From: Smithellaceae bacterium | GTDB taxonomy: Bacteria > Desulfobacterota > Syntrophia > Syntrophales > Smithellaceae | NCBI GenBank assembly: GCA_050008655.1 | Contig: JBEKMF010000002.1 | Location: forward strand, 1-52,273 | DNA: 52,273 nt | Direction: 5' to 3' | Part shown: positions 9,122-18,520 of the stretch, piece after piece | Numbering within the stretch: the stretch's first letter is position 1 | How the letters are laid out: every line of letters starts with the position of its first letter | Made by a program: the position numbers and the translations under genes | The notes under the pieces: model-generated | What the model was told of the DNA's origin: nothing | Database searches by the model: none | What the model saw: the letters and a program-made list of their open reading frames with translations, nothing else

Positions 9122-9967
9122 CTAACGAATAACGTGTCTGGAAAAACGTTCACTCAGTATTCTTGCCACAATATTTACCAGAAGGACAATCAAAAGCAAA
9201 ACCAGCGCGGCGGCATAAGCCCGAGCCTGCACTTCCGGGATGGGTGTTCCAATCTGAAAAAAGATGGCCAAGGGTAAAGAAGCAACGGGGTCCAGCAGAG
9301 ATCGCGGCATATTATCGGTGTACCCGGAAGTAAATAGTATTGATGCCGCATCTCCGATAGCCCGACCAAAGGCAAGGATAACAGCCATAACTATACCGGG
9401 AATAACTTGCCTGAAGACGATCCATGCGGTTTCCAACTGCGTCGTGCCCAGGGAGATGGCAATCTCTTTTAATTCTCTGGGAACCATGCGGAGTATCTCT
9501 TCCGTCGAGCGGATCATAATGGGCATCGTTAGGAGGGTCAACACCAAGATTCCTCCCAGGAGAGAGGCACGAAGACCGAAATAGACCATGACCACAAAGC
9601 CCACAGCACCATAAACAATGGATGGGGTTCCCCAAAGTATATCCAGTACGATTCTGCTTATAGCGGCGAGACGGGAACTCGCATATTCTTTCTGCAAGGC
9701 AAAAGCAACCGGCAGACTGAAAAGCAGCGTTAATATAGACGCACCGAAGGCTAGACACAGCGAACCGGCGATAGCATTGGCAATACCTCCTTCACCACCC
9801 AGGTAATATCCTCCTTTCGGTGCATCGATAAGCATGGAGACAGTGAGCGCGGAAGCCCCCCTGAATAATATTACCAGGACAACGTAAGCAAGCAAACCCA
9901 GCAGTAGAATCAAGGAAAGCTGCATCAGCCTCTTAAAAAACATTTCTTGCTGTTTACGATTTAACAT
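9122..9967 (-). CDS. pstA: PstA-family ABC transporter permease
   Basis: 281 aa polytopic membrane protein with an EAA-like loop (SLGTTQLETAWIVFRQVIPG). Directly abuts pstC (stop 9968-9970, ATG 9967). Confidence 0.85.
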   Translation of the reverse strand: MLNRKQQEMFFKRLMQLSLILLLGLLAYVVLVILFRGASALTVSMLIDAPKGGYYLGGEGGIANAIAGSLCLAFGASILTLLFSLPVAFALQKEYASSRLAAISRIVLDILWGTPSIVYGAVGFVVMVYFGLRASLLGGILVLTLLTMPIMIRSTEEILRMVPRELKEIAISLGTTQLETAWIVFRQVIPGIVMAVILAFGRAIGDAASILFTSGYTDNMPRSLLDPVASLPLAIFFQIGTPIPEVQARAYAAALVLLLIVLLVNIVARILSERFSRHVIR

Positions 9968-10867
9968 TTAAAAAGAATACCTCCTGTGCATCCGGGAAAG
10001 GATTACATGAGCAGCAAAGCTGAATCCCGCGACTATAACCATGAGGATTAAAGCAGCAAACATCAGGGCCGAGTCGTATTTCGGAATCGACATCATCTCT
10101 CCATAGTTGTTGGCAATCAGAGCCGGTAAAGGATAGACGGGGTCAAGCAGATGACCGGGAATTTTGGCAACGTTGCCCGCTACCATCATAACGGCCATCG
10201 TTTCGCCAATGGCCCTGGCTAAACCAAGGACAACGGCGGCAATAATGCCGGGCCATGCCGTTTTCAACAGGACGTGTCCAATAACCTCCCATCTGGTAGC
10301 ACCCAAAGAAAGGGCGCTTTCTCTTACCTCCTGAGGAACGTTTGTCAGCACTTCAATAGACAAAGAGATGATAAAAGGGCTCACCATCAAGGCCAGGATA
10401 ACACCTGCAGCCAGAAGGCTATAGCCGGTGCTCGGCCTGCCGGTCACTTCGCCCAATAGCCGGACCGCCGGCACAATCGTCAATACACCAAAGAGTCCGA
10501 AAATCACAGAAGGAATGCCGGCCAGAATATCGATCGACAAACGAAGCCATTTGCGCAGGCGATGGTTCATGTATTCCGTAATATAAACGGCGCTCATCAA
10601 ACAAACCGGTAAAGCAAAGACCATGGCCAGGAACGTGACAGCAAGCGAACCCGCAATGAAAGGTAAGAAACCGAATTGTCCTTGTTGAGGATGCCAGACA
10701 GAGGAGAACAGCAGTTGTCCTAAAGATATTGAGCACAGAAGCGGTGCGGCTTTGACCGCGATAATGACCAGAATCAGAAACGCAATCCCGTAAAGCAGAA
10801 AAAGGGTACAGCGGATGAAAACACCGGCGCCGGCGCTTTTTATCTTTCTGTAAGTAAGCTTTTTCAG
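9968..10867 (-). CDS. pstC: PstC-family ABC transporter permease (start uncertain, probably non-canonical)
   Basis: Track ORF begins at ATG 10624. The same frame is open for 81 more codons up to 10867 and encodes a PstC-like first TM and loop (LKKLTYRKIKSAGAGVFIRCTLFLLYGIAFLILVIIAVKAAPLL...WHPQQGQFGFLPFIAGSLAVTFLA). That stretch contains no ATG/GTG/TTG. A CTG at 10867-10865 overlaps the pstS stop (CTGA). Confidence 0.75.
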   Translation of the reverse strand: MKKLTYRKIKSAGAGVFIRCTLFLLYGIAFLILVIIAVKAAPLLCSISLGQLLFSSVWHPQQGQFGFLPFIAGSLAVTFLAMVFALPVCLMSAVYITEYMNHRLRKWLRLSIDILAGIPSVIFGLFGVLTIVPAVRLLGEVTGRPSTGYSLLAAGVILALMVSPFIISLSIEVLTNVPQEVRESALSLGATRWEVIGHVLLKTAWPGIIAAVVLGLARAIGETMAVMMVAGNVAKIPGHLLDPVYPLPALIANNYGEMMSIPKYDSALMFAALILMVIVAGFSFAAHVILSRMHRRYSF

Positions 10868-11835
10868 TTTTTTACCTTCGTGATGGCTTCCTGAATTTGT
10901 GTATCAGAGAGTTTGATGTAACCTATTTCGTCCACGAACCGCTGTCCATCATTCAATATCCACAGAACAAAATTCCGCACTGGCCCGGAAAATTGTCCCT
11001 TGACAACAATATTCAGGTCTCGCGCCGGAGGTGAAGGGTAGAGCCCTTTGCGGACTGCCTGAATTGCTTTTTCTTTGGTGCTCAAATCTTCTTCGGGATC
11101 AACTCGTCCATTTTCGCTGATATCGATGGGAATAATTCGGATACCTTTCTGCGGCAGTCCCGTTTTTATATCATAAGCATAGTTCAGATTATTATATCCG
11201 ATGCCCAATTTATCATTTTTGACCGCCTCTGTAACGCCGGGATCTCCATAAACTCCTACGCCTTGGAGCTCTTCCTGATGTTTTCCCAGATAAGCCGCCC
11301 ATGTTTCCGCAGCCCCACATGAATCGGAGCGTGTGTAAAGATTAACAGCATCACCATTTGTGCCACTTGTTAATTGTCCCCAGGTGAACGTTTTGCCCTC
11401 GATCCACAGAGCGATGAATTGCTTTTTTGTAAGCCCCTTAAACATTATCTCCCGCAGGATGGGGTTGCTGGCATTCATGACCGGGAAAACAGCGTCTTTG
11501 ACCACCGGAACATATTTTGCCCCTCGCTGTAATTCTTCCGGTTTAATATTCCGCGAGACCATGCCGATATCCACCAGACCTGTAAGGACTTCAGCGACTC
11601 CTTTGCCGGCGCCACCCGCAGCAATATCGATCTTGCAGCCGGGATGAGTCTTTTGATATTCGTCAGCCCAGCGAATCATCATGGGGTAGAGCGCCCAGGC
11701 CCCCGATATGCGAATGGTACATGGAGAACTGGTTTTTTTATTATCTTTATCGCCACTCTGTCCACAAGCACAGAAGGTAAGTAAAATCACCATGAGAACA
11801 GTGCGACTCAATAATGTATTTTTTAAAAGGTGCAA
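10864..11835 (-). CDS. pstS: PstS-family periplasmic substrate-binding (lipo)protein
   Basis: 323 aa. Signal peptide with Cys-containing end (LLTFCACGQSG). PBP type-2 features ISGAWALYP, AAGGAGKGV, VDIGMVSRNIKPEE resemble the PstS family. Confidence 0.8.
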   Translation of the reverse strand: MHLLKNTLLSRTVLMVILLTFCACGQSGDKDNKKTSSPCTIRISGAWALYPMMIRWADEYQKTHPGCKIDIAAGGAGKGVAEVLTGLVDIGMVSRNIKPEELQRGAKYVPVVKDAVFPVMNASNPILREIMFKGLTKKQFIALWIEGKTFTWGQLTSGTNGDAVNLYTRSDSCGAAETWAAYLGKHQEELQGVGVYGDPGVTEAVKNDKLGIGYNNLNYAYDIKTGLPQKGIRIIPIDISENGRVDPEEDLSTKEKAIQAVRKGLYPSPPARDLNIVVKGQFSGPVRNFVLWILNDGQRFVDEIGYIKLSDTQIQEAITKVKN

Positions 11836-11894
11836 TTTTTATTAAATTCTCCTTAATATGCGTTATCATTATCCCTTTCATCTAATCACAAATG

Positions 11895-13439
11895 CTACGA
11901 TGGCAGACGTGTATTTTTAGCCCTGAGATCATACAAATAAACGGCCGCGCCGGGAACATCGAATTCATCAATCTTATTGCCAATCTTGTTTAGATAAACA
12001 AGGTAATACATCTTTTCATCTACCTTACCCCAATTATAATTATGCGAAAAGACAAACCATACCCTGGCATTGCCTCTCAGCGTATCGATATCTTTCAAAT
12101 ATTTTTCTGGTTCACTTCTTGCGCTAACCCCTACGCGGAAATCACTGCCTTTAAATCCGTAGAAAGGAGCGTAATATAGAAAAGCGGGTTTAGCGCCATA
12201 GTAGAGATAAACTATATCGGTTGATCGTTTATTATGGTTTACATACTCCACAATTGGCCGAATATGCTCATGCATATCCGGATTTTTTAACCCGTTTATT
12301 GCACTGACGACAAGCTGAGCTAATAATAGCAAAGTCAATGCAGCGGTGGCAAAAGACGCCACAAACTGGTTGTAATTTGCCAGAGTGCTGCGAATTCTCT
12401 CGATCCCTTCCGCTATTAAGAGAAATATGATGGGTACAAGAAAGAGTATTAATCGTCCAACAAAAGGGTACTTTCTAAGCCCTGAAGCAACCAGCGTTGT
12501 TATAATTGTTAAGATCAAGACAAGTCCGATAGTCCACTTCCGCAGCAAAACAGATATCAACCCGATAAGTAAGAGAACAGCGCTGATAGAAACAAACGGA
12601 AGCTCCAAGTCTTTCTCAAATAAGTTTATCAGGGTATTACTAAACCAGCTCCAATTACACCAGGGAGGCATGGGCATAAAACTTTGGGCCCAATAAGCAG
12701 TTAGCGCATTGTTTGCTGCTGTAAAACGCAGGGAAATAAAATAGAGAAATGTAAAACTTGTCAACCATAGCAGTAAAATAAGCCCCGACCATAAGAGACC
12801 CGGCCAATCTTTCCTGAAAAGCTGTCGCGCCGCCAATGTAATGCCGATACCGGCCATGACGAACACAGAAGGGTGAGACATCCACATCGCAACAAGTCCG
12901 GCTACCGTCAACAATATATAGTTTTTTGGGCTTGGCGCGGTATCCTCCAGGCAGGGATAGGCAGTAAGTAGCAAAACGAGAGTTAGCATTACATCACTAG
13001 CGTACTGCTTGTTTTCCGATGAATAGTAAATCAAGGTTGACGAAAGGCAAAATAACGCCAGAGCAATATAAACCGCTGTTCCCTGAAGATACTTTTTTGC
13101 CGCTTTATACATCAGGAACAAAGACAGGATTCCCACCATCAAAGGGAAAAGCCTCAGCGTAAATTCGCTGTTACCCAGAACAATAATAATAGTTTTCTGA
13201 ATGAAGAGGAATGCCAATGGCGCTGTCTGATTATAGTCCAGCGGTTGCGTTAGACCGGCAAAGGAACGGTGGATGAGATTGAGGGCAAGAGAGCATTCGT
13301 CCAGCCAGAGAGAGCGATTGGCCGCATATTGCCACATTCTCAAAATAATACCGATAACCAAAAGACAGATAGCTAACAGCAACTCCGGTTTTATCCGCTT
13401 AGGTAATCCAGCAGGTGTAATATCAGAAATAATTTTCAA
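11895..13439 (-). CDS. GT-C fold membrane glycosyltransferase, ArnT/PMT (GT39/GT83)-like
   Basis: 514 aa with many TM segments. Early-loop acidic motif SLWLDECSLALN, then SEFTLRLFPLMVGILSLFLMYKAAKKYL, typical of ArnT-like enzymes. C-terminal soluble domain. Confidence 0.72.
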   Translation of the reverse strand: MKIISDITPAGLPKRIKPELLLAICLLVIGIILRMWQYAANRSLWLDECSLALNLIHRSFAGLTQPLDYNQTAPLAFLFIQKTIIIVLGNSEFTLRLFPLMVGILSLFLMYKAAKKYLQGTAVYIALALFCLSSTLIYYSSENKQYASDVMLTLVLLLTAYPCLEDTAPSPKNYILLTVAGLVAMWMSHPSVFVMAGIGITLAARQLFRKDWPGLLWSGLILLLWLTSFTFLYFISLRFTAANNALTAYWAQSFMPMPPWCNWSWFSNTLINLFEKDLELPFVSISAVLLLIGLISVLLRKWTIGLVLILTIITTLVASGLRKYPFVGRLILFLVPIIFLLIAEGIERIRSTLANYNQFVASFATAALTLLLLAQLVVSAINGLKNPDMHEHIRPIVEYVNHNKRSTDIVYLYYGAKPAFLYYAPFYGFKGSDFRVGVSARSEPEKYLKDIDTLRGNARVWFVFSHNYNWGKVDEKMYYLVYLNKIGNKIDEFDVPGAAVYLYDLRAKNTRLPS

Positions 13440-13486
13440 TTTTTAAATGTCTCCGAAAACGCCCTTTTTTTAATCACCACTGGAAT

Positions 13487-14482
13487 TTACTGTTTTGCAA
13501 ATGTATCTTTATGCCATGTTTTTGTCTTCTGCCATGTCCAGGCTGTCTGAATTATCTCCTCCAGGCCGGGATATTGTGACTTCCAACCCAGGATATTTCT
13601 TGCTTTATCCGCATCCCCGATAAGAATGTCGGCATCGCCGGGACGCCGGTCTTTTTCTACAACAACAATGGGCCTGCCGGTCACCAACCGCGCCGTCTCG
13701 ATGACTTCTCTCACTGAATACCCTCGCGTATTGGCAAGATTAAAGACATCCGATACATCGCGCTTTTGAACGTGTTGCAGAGCAAGGATGTGCGCCGCCG
13801 CCAGATCATTCACATGGACGTAATCGCGAATACACGTACCGTCGGGGGTATCATAATCCGTCCCGTAAATATTGATGCAATCCCGCATCCCCGCCGCAGC
13901 CTGCAGGACAAGCGGAACGAGATGCGTTTCAGGATTGTGCCACTCTCCAATGAGACCAAACGGATCGGCTCCCGCCGCATTGAAATAACGGAGGCTAGCA
14001 TAACGGATACCGTATGCTGTATCATAATCTTCCAGGATTTTCTCTACCATAAACTTTGATTTACCATAAGGCGTCAACGGCTGTTGCGGCTGATCCTCCG
14101 CGATCGGCTTACGTGAATGTGGTTGATAAATAGCGCAACTGGAAGAAAAAATGAAATACTTCACTTTGTATTCTGCCATGACATCCAGAAGATTCAGTGT
14201 GTTGAGGACGTTGTTGCGGTAATATTTGGAAGGATGTTGAACAGACTCACCGACTTCAATCAAAGCCCCATAATGCATAACGGCGTCAATGTGGTAGTTG
14301 CTGAAACAATTCCTCAGGCTATCCTTATCCGCCAGATCACCCTGCACAAAATTTCCCCACTGGACTAATTCGCGGTGCCCTCGCGAAAGACTATCATAGA
14401 CAATTGTTTCATAACCCATGCTGTTGAGCATCTTGTTCGCATGGGATCCTATATATCCGGCCCCTCCTGCAAGTAAAATCAT
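13487..14482 (-). CDS. galE: UDP-glucose (or UDP-hexose) 4-epimerase
   Basis: 331 aa. Rossmann motif GGAGYIGSH and catalytic PYGKSK (YxxxK). Strong SD GAGGGGGAG upstream of the ATG. Confidence 0.9.
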   Translation of the reverse strand: MILLAGGAGYIGSHANKMLNSMGYETIVYDSLSRGHRELVQWGNFVQGDLADKDSLRNCFSNYHIDAVMHYGALIEVGESVQHPSKYYRNNVLNTLNLLDVMAEYKVKYFIFSSSCAIYQPHSRKPIAEDQPQQPLTPYGKSKFMVEKILEDYDTAYGIRYASLRYFNAAGADPFGLIGEWHNPETHLVPLVLQAAAGMRDCINIYGTDYDTPDGTCIRDYVHVNDLAAAHILALQHVQKRDVSDVFNLANTRGYSVREVIETARLVTGRPIVVVEKDRRPGDADILIGDADKARNILGWKSQYPGLEEIIQTAWTWQKTKTWHKDTFAKQ

Positions 14483-14635
14483 ATACTCCCCCTCATTAAC
14501 TTAACCCGAATCAAAAGCTTGTTTCTAAATCATTATACCACCGGCAAAAGCTCCTGTGTCGCTGCTGCTTATCTTCCATTACTTGTTTTCTGGCACAACA
14601 AAAAAGTGCACTATTTCGCTATTAAGATGAAAAAA

Positions 14636-16114
14636 TTATTTTATCGAAGATATCTTCTTAGCAACCCATCGGAAAGGTTGTCCCAACCAAACCATATCCT
14701 GTGACGTCAGACAAGCAAACAGATAACAGCCGACGGTCAGAGTGATAAAAGCACCCAATAGTGCTATCAACGGACCAACGGTATGCAGAACGTAAAAAAT
14801 CACTATAGCCGACAGCGCCGTCAGTCCCGGCTTTATCAGGGATGTGCGCAAATCCATTGCCAGGTGACCACGCAAAAAAACGATCAAGAATAACGTTGTT
14901 AGCATCATCCCCGTACCCGCGCTCCAGAGCGCGCCTACGGCACCATACCTCAAAATTGCTTTCGAAATAGTCAAAGAAAAAAACACCGCGCCGGCCAATG
15001 CGCAAAACAATACCTGAAAATCAAGTTTTCTGGCCATCAGAACTCTCACCGCCGCATTAGCGGCCGTCCACGGAATCATGAGCCACAGTACAGGCCCTAT
15101 TAGAGTTCCGGCCTCAGTGTAGCGATTGCCAAAGATTTGAACCGTCAGCCAGGGACCGAGAGCCGTACCCAGCAGAGCCAGGAGGGTTCCGAAAAGCAGA
15201 GAAAACCGAAGAACCGTTTCCGCGAAAACATAATCCTTTCCGTCACCTCTTTCCGCTGCTCGGCTGAGAACCGGGAGGGAAACGCTGCCCAGTGCAAACG
15301 GGATTTGGGAAAGCATGAAAAGAACCTGCATAGCCAGCGCCAGCTGCCCCAGAGAATCGCCGGCAGAAGCCAAGTGCCGAAAGAATATCAAAGGGCCCTG
15401 ATACGGTAAAGCCATCAAAAGCATGGCCGCGCCTAGGGGAAGACCCTGAAGGAAAATCCGGCGCAGATCCGAAAAATTTCTATCCAGCCGTAAAGGAAAC
15501 ACCCGGCGGTGAATGAGCGCCAAGCCATAGAAGGCCTGGAAACACCAGACGAGTCCGTGGATCACGACTATTAAGAGAGCTTTCCGCCAAACAATGACAA
15601 TCAAAAGGCCAAGGACGACTTCCAGCGGTCGAAAGATGGCCTGCTGTCGGAAAGAATACTCGTTGACCTCATATGCCGTATAAACATTTTCCGTCCACAA
15701 AGCCAGTGAGCGCCCGATGAGCGCGAAGGAGAAAACAAACACCATTAAACGGGACGCCGGATCGTCCTCGATAAACCAGGAAAGAATAACATAAGCCGCA
15801 GTTGCCAAAGTGATGGACGCTATCCGCAGCGTGAGGGTAAGCGCCGCCGTCCGGTCGCCCACCTGCCGGTTTTTACCCGCATCTCTACTCAGAACGACTT
15901 CCAGTCCCATTCTGGTCAGAGGCAAAAATAACAGATACCAGGCGATTCCGTAATTGATTATCCCATAGACCTGGGGACCCAAAGCTCTGGCTAGAATGAC
16001 GGCATAGAGGAAGCGCGTCACAAAGTACACGCCGTACCCTCCCAGCAGGTAAGTTAAATTCCTGGCGATGGAGGCAACGCCCCTGCCATCAATAGCGGGT
16101 GCTAGCCCGGACAA
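14636..16114 (-). CDS. MOP-superfamily oligosaccharide/polysaccharide flippase (Wzx-like)
   Basis: 492 aa with about 12-14 hydrophobic segments. N-terminus IARNLTYLLGGYGVYFVTRFLYAVILARALGPQVYG is typical of Polysacc_synt-type flippases. Confidence 0.75.
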   Translation of the reverse strand: MSGLAPAIDGRGVASIARNLTYLLGGYGVYFVTRFLYAVILARALGPQVYGIINYGIAWYLLFLPLTRMGLEVVLSRDAGKNRQVGDRTAALTLTLRIASITLATAAYVILSWFIEDDPASRLMVFVFSFALIGRSLALWTENVYTAYEVNEYSFRQQAIFRPLEVVLGLLIVIVWRKALLIVVIHGLVWCFQAFYGLALIHRRVFPLRLDRNFSDLRRIFLQGLPLGAAMLLMALPYQGPLIFFRHLASAGDSLGQLALAMQVLFMLSQIPFALGSVSLPVLSRAAERGDGKDYVFAETVLRFSLLFGTLLALLGTALGPWLTVQIFGNRYTEAGTLIGPVLWLMIPWTAANAAVRVLMARKLDFQVLFCALAGAVFFSLTISKAILRYGAVGALWSAGTGMMLTTLFLIVFLRGHLAMDLRTSLIKPGLTALSAIVIFYVLHTVGPLIALLGAFITLTVGCYLFACLTSQDMVWLGQPFRWVAKKISSIK

Positions 16115-16152
16115 TCAACAATACCCTCATTTCCTGAAATCATTCCGCATGA

Positions 16153-16920
16153 TCATTTGCATGATATTTTCTGAAATAATAAATGGATTTTCCCGATTAA
16201 GCGTTTTTGGATCGTCGAGAAAAAATTAAAGATGTATTGCTTATGGAACATATTCAAAGCGCTACACCGATAAACGCCGTTATTCAGTTGAATGATAGCG
16301 GTACCACTCCCTAGCCACGGGAAATCAAGCACTTGATAACCACTGTTGCGCACGTCACTGATGGTCTTCCAGAATGTGATATTATAGTATTCATAAGGTT
16401 TGGTATCATGAAAAGTGATAATGCCTCGCGAGGACATCAAGCTCTTATAATTTTTAAAATCTTCCAGGCTGCCGCTATAAGAATGGTCGCCGTCAATATG
16501 CAGATAATCTATTTTCCACGCTTTTGTTGCGCTGTGCTTGAAAACATTCGATGATCCGTCGATGATAATTTCAATGTCGTTATAGTGATTTCGAAAGAAC
16601 GACGCTTGATCGGTCCAGTCCGGGCGGCTCCATTCTCCCGCATCGGCATCAATCAGAACGGTTCTGGCATTTACCAGACCTAAATCCCTTTGAGCTTGCC
16701 GCATCAGGCGTGGCACAAAACCGCCACCAGAACCGATACAAACGCACAATTTCGCGCGCAGCATATAAGCTATTGTATAATAGAGCAGACCCGCGCCTAA
16801 GAATCCGGCATTTGGATCGGCGCCATGCGAATCGGCCCAGGGAGCACCTTTTAAAAGATAAGACGTGATGATGTCGCGGTTGAGCAGGCCACTTTTGTCG
16901 GGATCTATTTTTTGTGTCAT
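16153..16920 (-). CDS. Class I SAM-dependent methyltransferase
   Basis: 255 aa. CVCIGSGGGFVPR (motif I-like) and IDYLHIDGDHSYSGSLEDF, the same HIDG.H motif as in the left-edge fusion protein. ATGA overlap with the upstream gene (16917-16920). Confidence 0.7.
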   Translation of the reverse strand: MTQKIDPDKSGLLNRDIITSYLLKGAPWADSHGADPNAGFLGAGLLYYTIAYMLRAKLCVCIGSGGGFVPRLMRQAQRDLGLVNARTVLIDADAGEWSRPDWTDQASFFRNHYNDIEIIIDGSSNVFKHSATKAWKIDYLHIDGDHSYSGSLEDFKNYKSLMSSRGIITFHDTKPYEYYNITFWKTISDVRNSGYQVLDFPWLGSGTAIIQLNNGVYRCSALNMFHKQYIFNFFSTIQKRLIGKIHLLFQKISCK

Positions 16921-17552
16921 ATCATACGGTCTTTCAATATTTTGATCATAATATTTCTGCTGACCCTGTTGAATAAATTCACATAAACATAATAACGTAG
17001 GGGCTTCGCGTTTATTTTTTCTTTAAATTTCATCGCCGAAGTATTAAATTTTTCCGAAATGCTGTAAATTCTGTTTCGCCACATACTTTCAAGATAAGTA
17101 TACAGAATTGTTCTTAGAAACGGGGCGATATTTCGCCCCCGCATATGTCTTGCGGTACGAAAATTAAATGAGTAAGCTTCATTGTTTTTGAGTTCAAACG
17201 ATAAATACTCATAATTGCATCTCTTCAGATCAAACCAGCCATAAGCCAGAATCGCCCCCTCGCTTTTCAAACCAATGCATGAGCAGCCGGCATTCCACAG
17301 TCTTGAAAAATCTGCCGGCGTTTCAGACAGATTCTCCAATCCTTTAAGCAGTTCGACATCGCTTTGACCCAGCAAAATCGTTTCAAAAGGTTCATCCAGC
17401 AGCGGCTTGATGTCCGTACTCAGAAAATTTTTTGACTCTTCAAAAAGATAATAGGGAACAATTTTTATTCCCAACCGGGATAACCAGCGCAAAATGGTTG
17501 CGATTATCAATCCATGCGACCAAGCATGAAGGACTTTTGTCTTGGTATTCAT
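16917..17552 (-). CDS. Hypothetical protein, possibly GNAT-fold acyltransferase
   Basis: 211 aa. MRGRNIAPFLRTILYTYLE resembles the GNAT R/Q-x-x-G-x-A/G acetyl-CoA loop. Assignment is by eye only. Confidence 0.4.
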   Translation of the reverse strand: MNTKTKVLHAWSHGLIIATILRWLSRLGIKIVPYYLFEESKNFLSTDIKPLLDEPFETILLGQSDVELLKGLENLSETPADFSRLWNAGCSCIGLKSEGAILAYGWFDLKRCNYEYLSFELKNNEAYSFNFRTARHMRGRNIAPFLRTILYTYLESMWRNRIYSISEKFNTSAMKFKEKINAKPLRYYVYVNLFNRVSRNIMIKILKDRMI

Positions 17553-17591
17553 TTCTGTTTTAAACCGACACTGGAATGCCCTAAATGCCGC

Positions 17592-18515
17592 TCAGTAATA
17601 GACTCTTCCGGACAGTGTCTTTAATTTTTTAATTGCTTCTTTGGAAATGCACACTCGGCTCTCCAGTGCTTTCGGAAGACCAATTACAGTATCTTTAAGG
17701 CCTTGCATAAAGTAGATCAGATGACGATTGCGAAGAGCCGAGATGAAATAATATACCCACCACAACAACGTATGTGAAACGGCATATCTCCATGGTAAAT
17801 TTCGTACTGCCACCCAACATCGACTTCTTACGCCGTAATAAATCCCCTTTCCCTTAACTCTGGCTTGAGGCGTTTCATAATGCATAACGGATATGTCGGA
17901 GGAACGCAAAATCTTATATCCTTTATTCACCAGTCGATAACTGAAGTCCAATTCTTCAGCGATAAAAAACAGGGGCTCCCAGAACATTCCCATCTCCAGA
18001 AAAAGGTTACGCCTAACGGCAAAACCCGCGCCGCAGAAATAGCTGCATTCGTAGTCCTCATGAATGATTTTTTTATCCGTCCGGGGAATACTCTTGTATT
18101 CCTCGCAATTGTCGCTTGGCTGCACAATTCTAAAGGCAATACAACCCAAGCCGGCATTGGAGCGAAAGTAAGAAACCACGAGGCTAAGGGTGTTTTCGTC
18201 AGTGAAAACTGCGTCATCATCCAGAAATACACAGAATTCTCCTCTGGACATCCGCACTCCATAATTTCTTCCACCCGGAGCTCCCAAGTTGGCGCTGAGG
18301 TAAAAATACCGCACGCCCGGGAACAGACTTTGAACCATATTCCCTGTTCCGTCACAAGACGCATTATCCACAACAATGATTTCCATATCCGGAAACTTCT
18401 GCTTTTGAACTGACCGCAGACAGTTCTCCAGCATCTCTTTGCGGTTCATGCTTAGGAGAATAAAGCTGATGAGTGGGGAGAACTTTTTATTGTCTTCTTT
18501 TTTCATGTCGTTCAT
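17592..18515 (-). CDS. Family 2 glycosyltransferase (GT-A)
   Basis: 307 aa. ISFILLSMNRKEMLENCLRSVQKQ, IIVVDNASCDGT, DxD region FLDDDA. Confidence 0.85.
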   Translation of the reverse strand: MNDMKKEDNKKFSPLISFILLSMNRKEMLENCLRSVQKQKFPDMEIIVVDNASCDGTGNMVQSLFPGVRYFYLSANLGAPGGRNYGVRMSRGEFCVFLDDDAVFTDENTLSLVVSYFRSNAGLGCIAFRIVQPSDNCEEYKSIPRTDKKIIHEDYECSYFCGAGFAVRRNLFLEMGMFWEPLFFIAEELDFSYRLVNKGYKILRSSDISVMHYETPQARVKGKGIYYGVRSRCWVAVRNLPWRYAVSHTLLWWVYYFISALRNRHLIYFMQGLKDTVIGLPKALESRVCISKEAIKKLKTLSGRVYY

Positions 18516-18520
18516 ATTAT

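Noticed and set aside
14532-14537. TATAAT hexamer on the minus strand about 45 nt upstream of galE, with an imperfect GCGACA 19 nt further upstream.
   Set aside because: The spacing is off-consensus and the lineage (hence sigma-factor consensus) is unknown. A single hexamer match is not enough to annotate a promoter.
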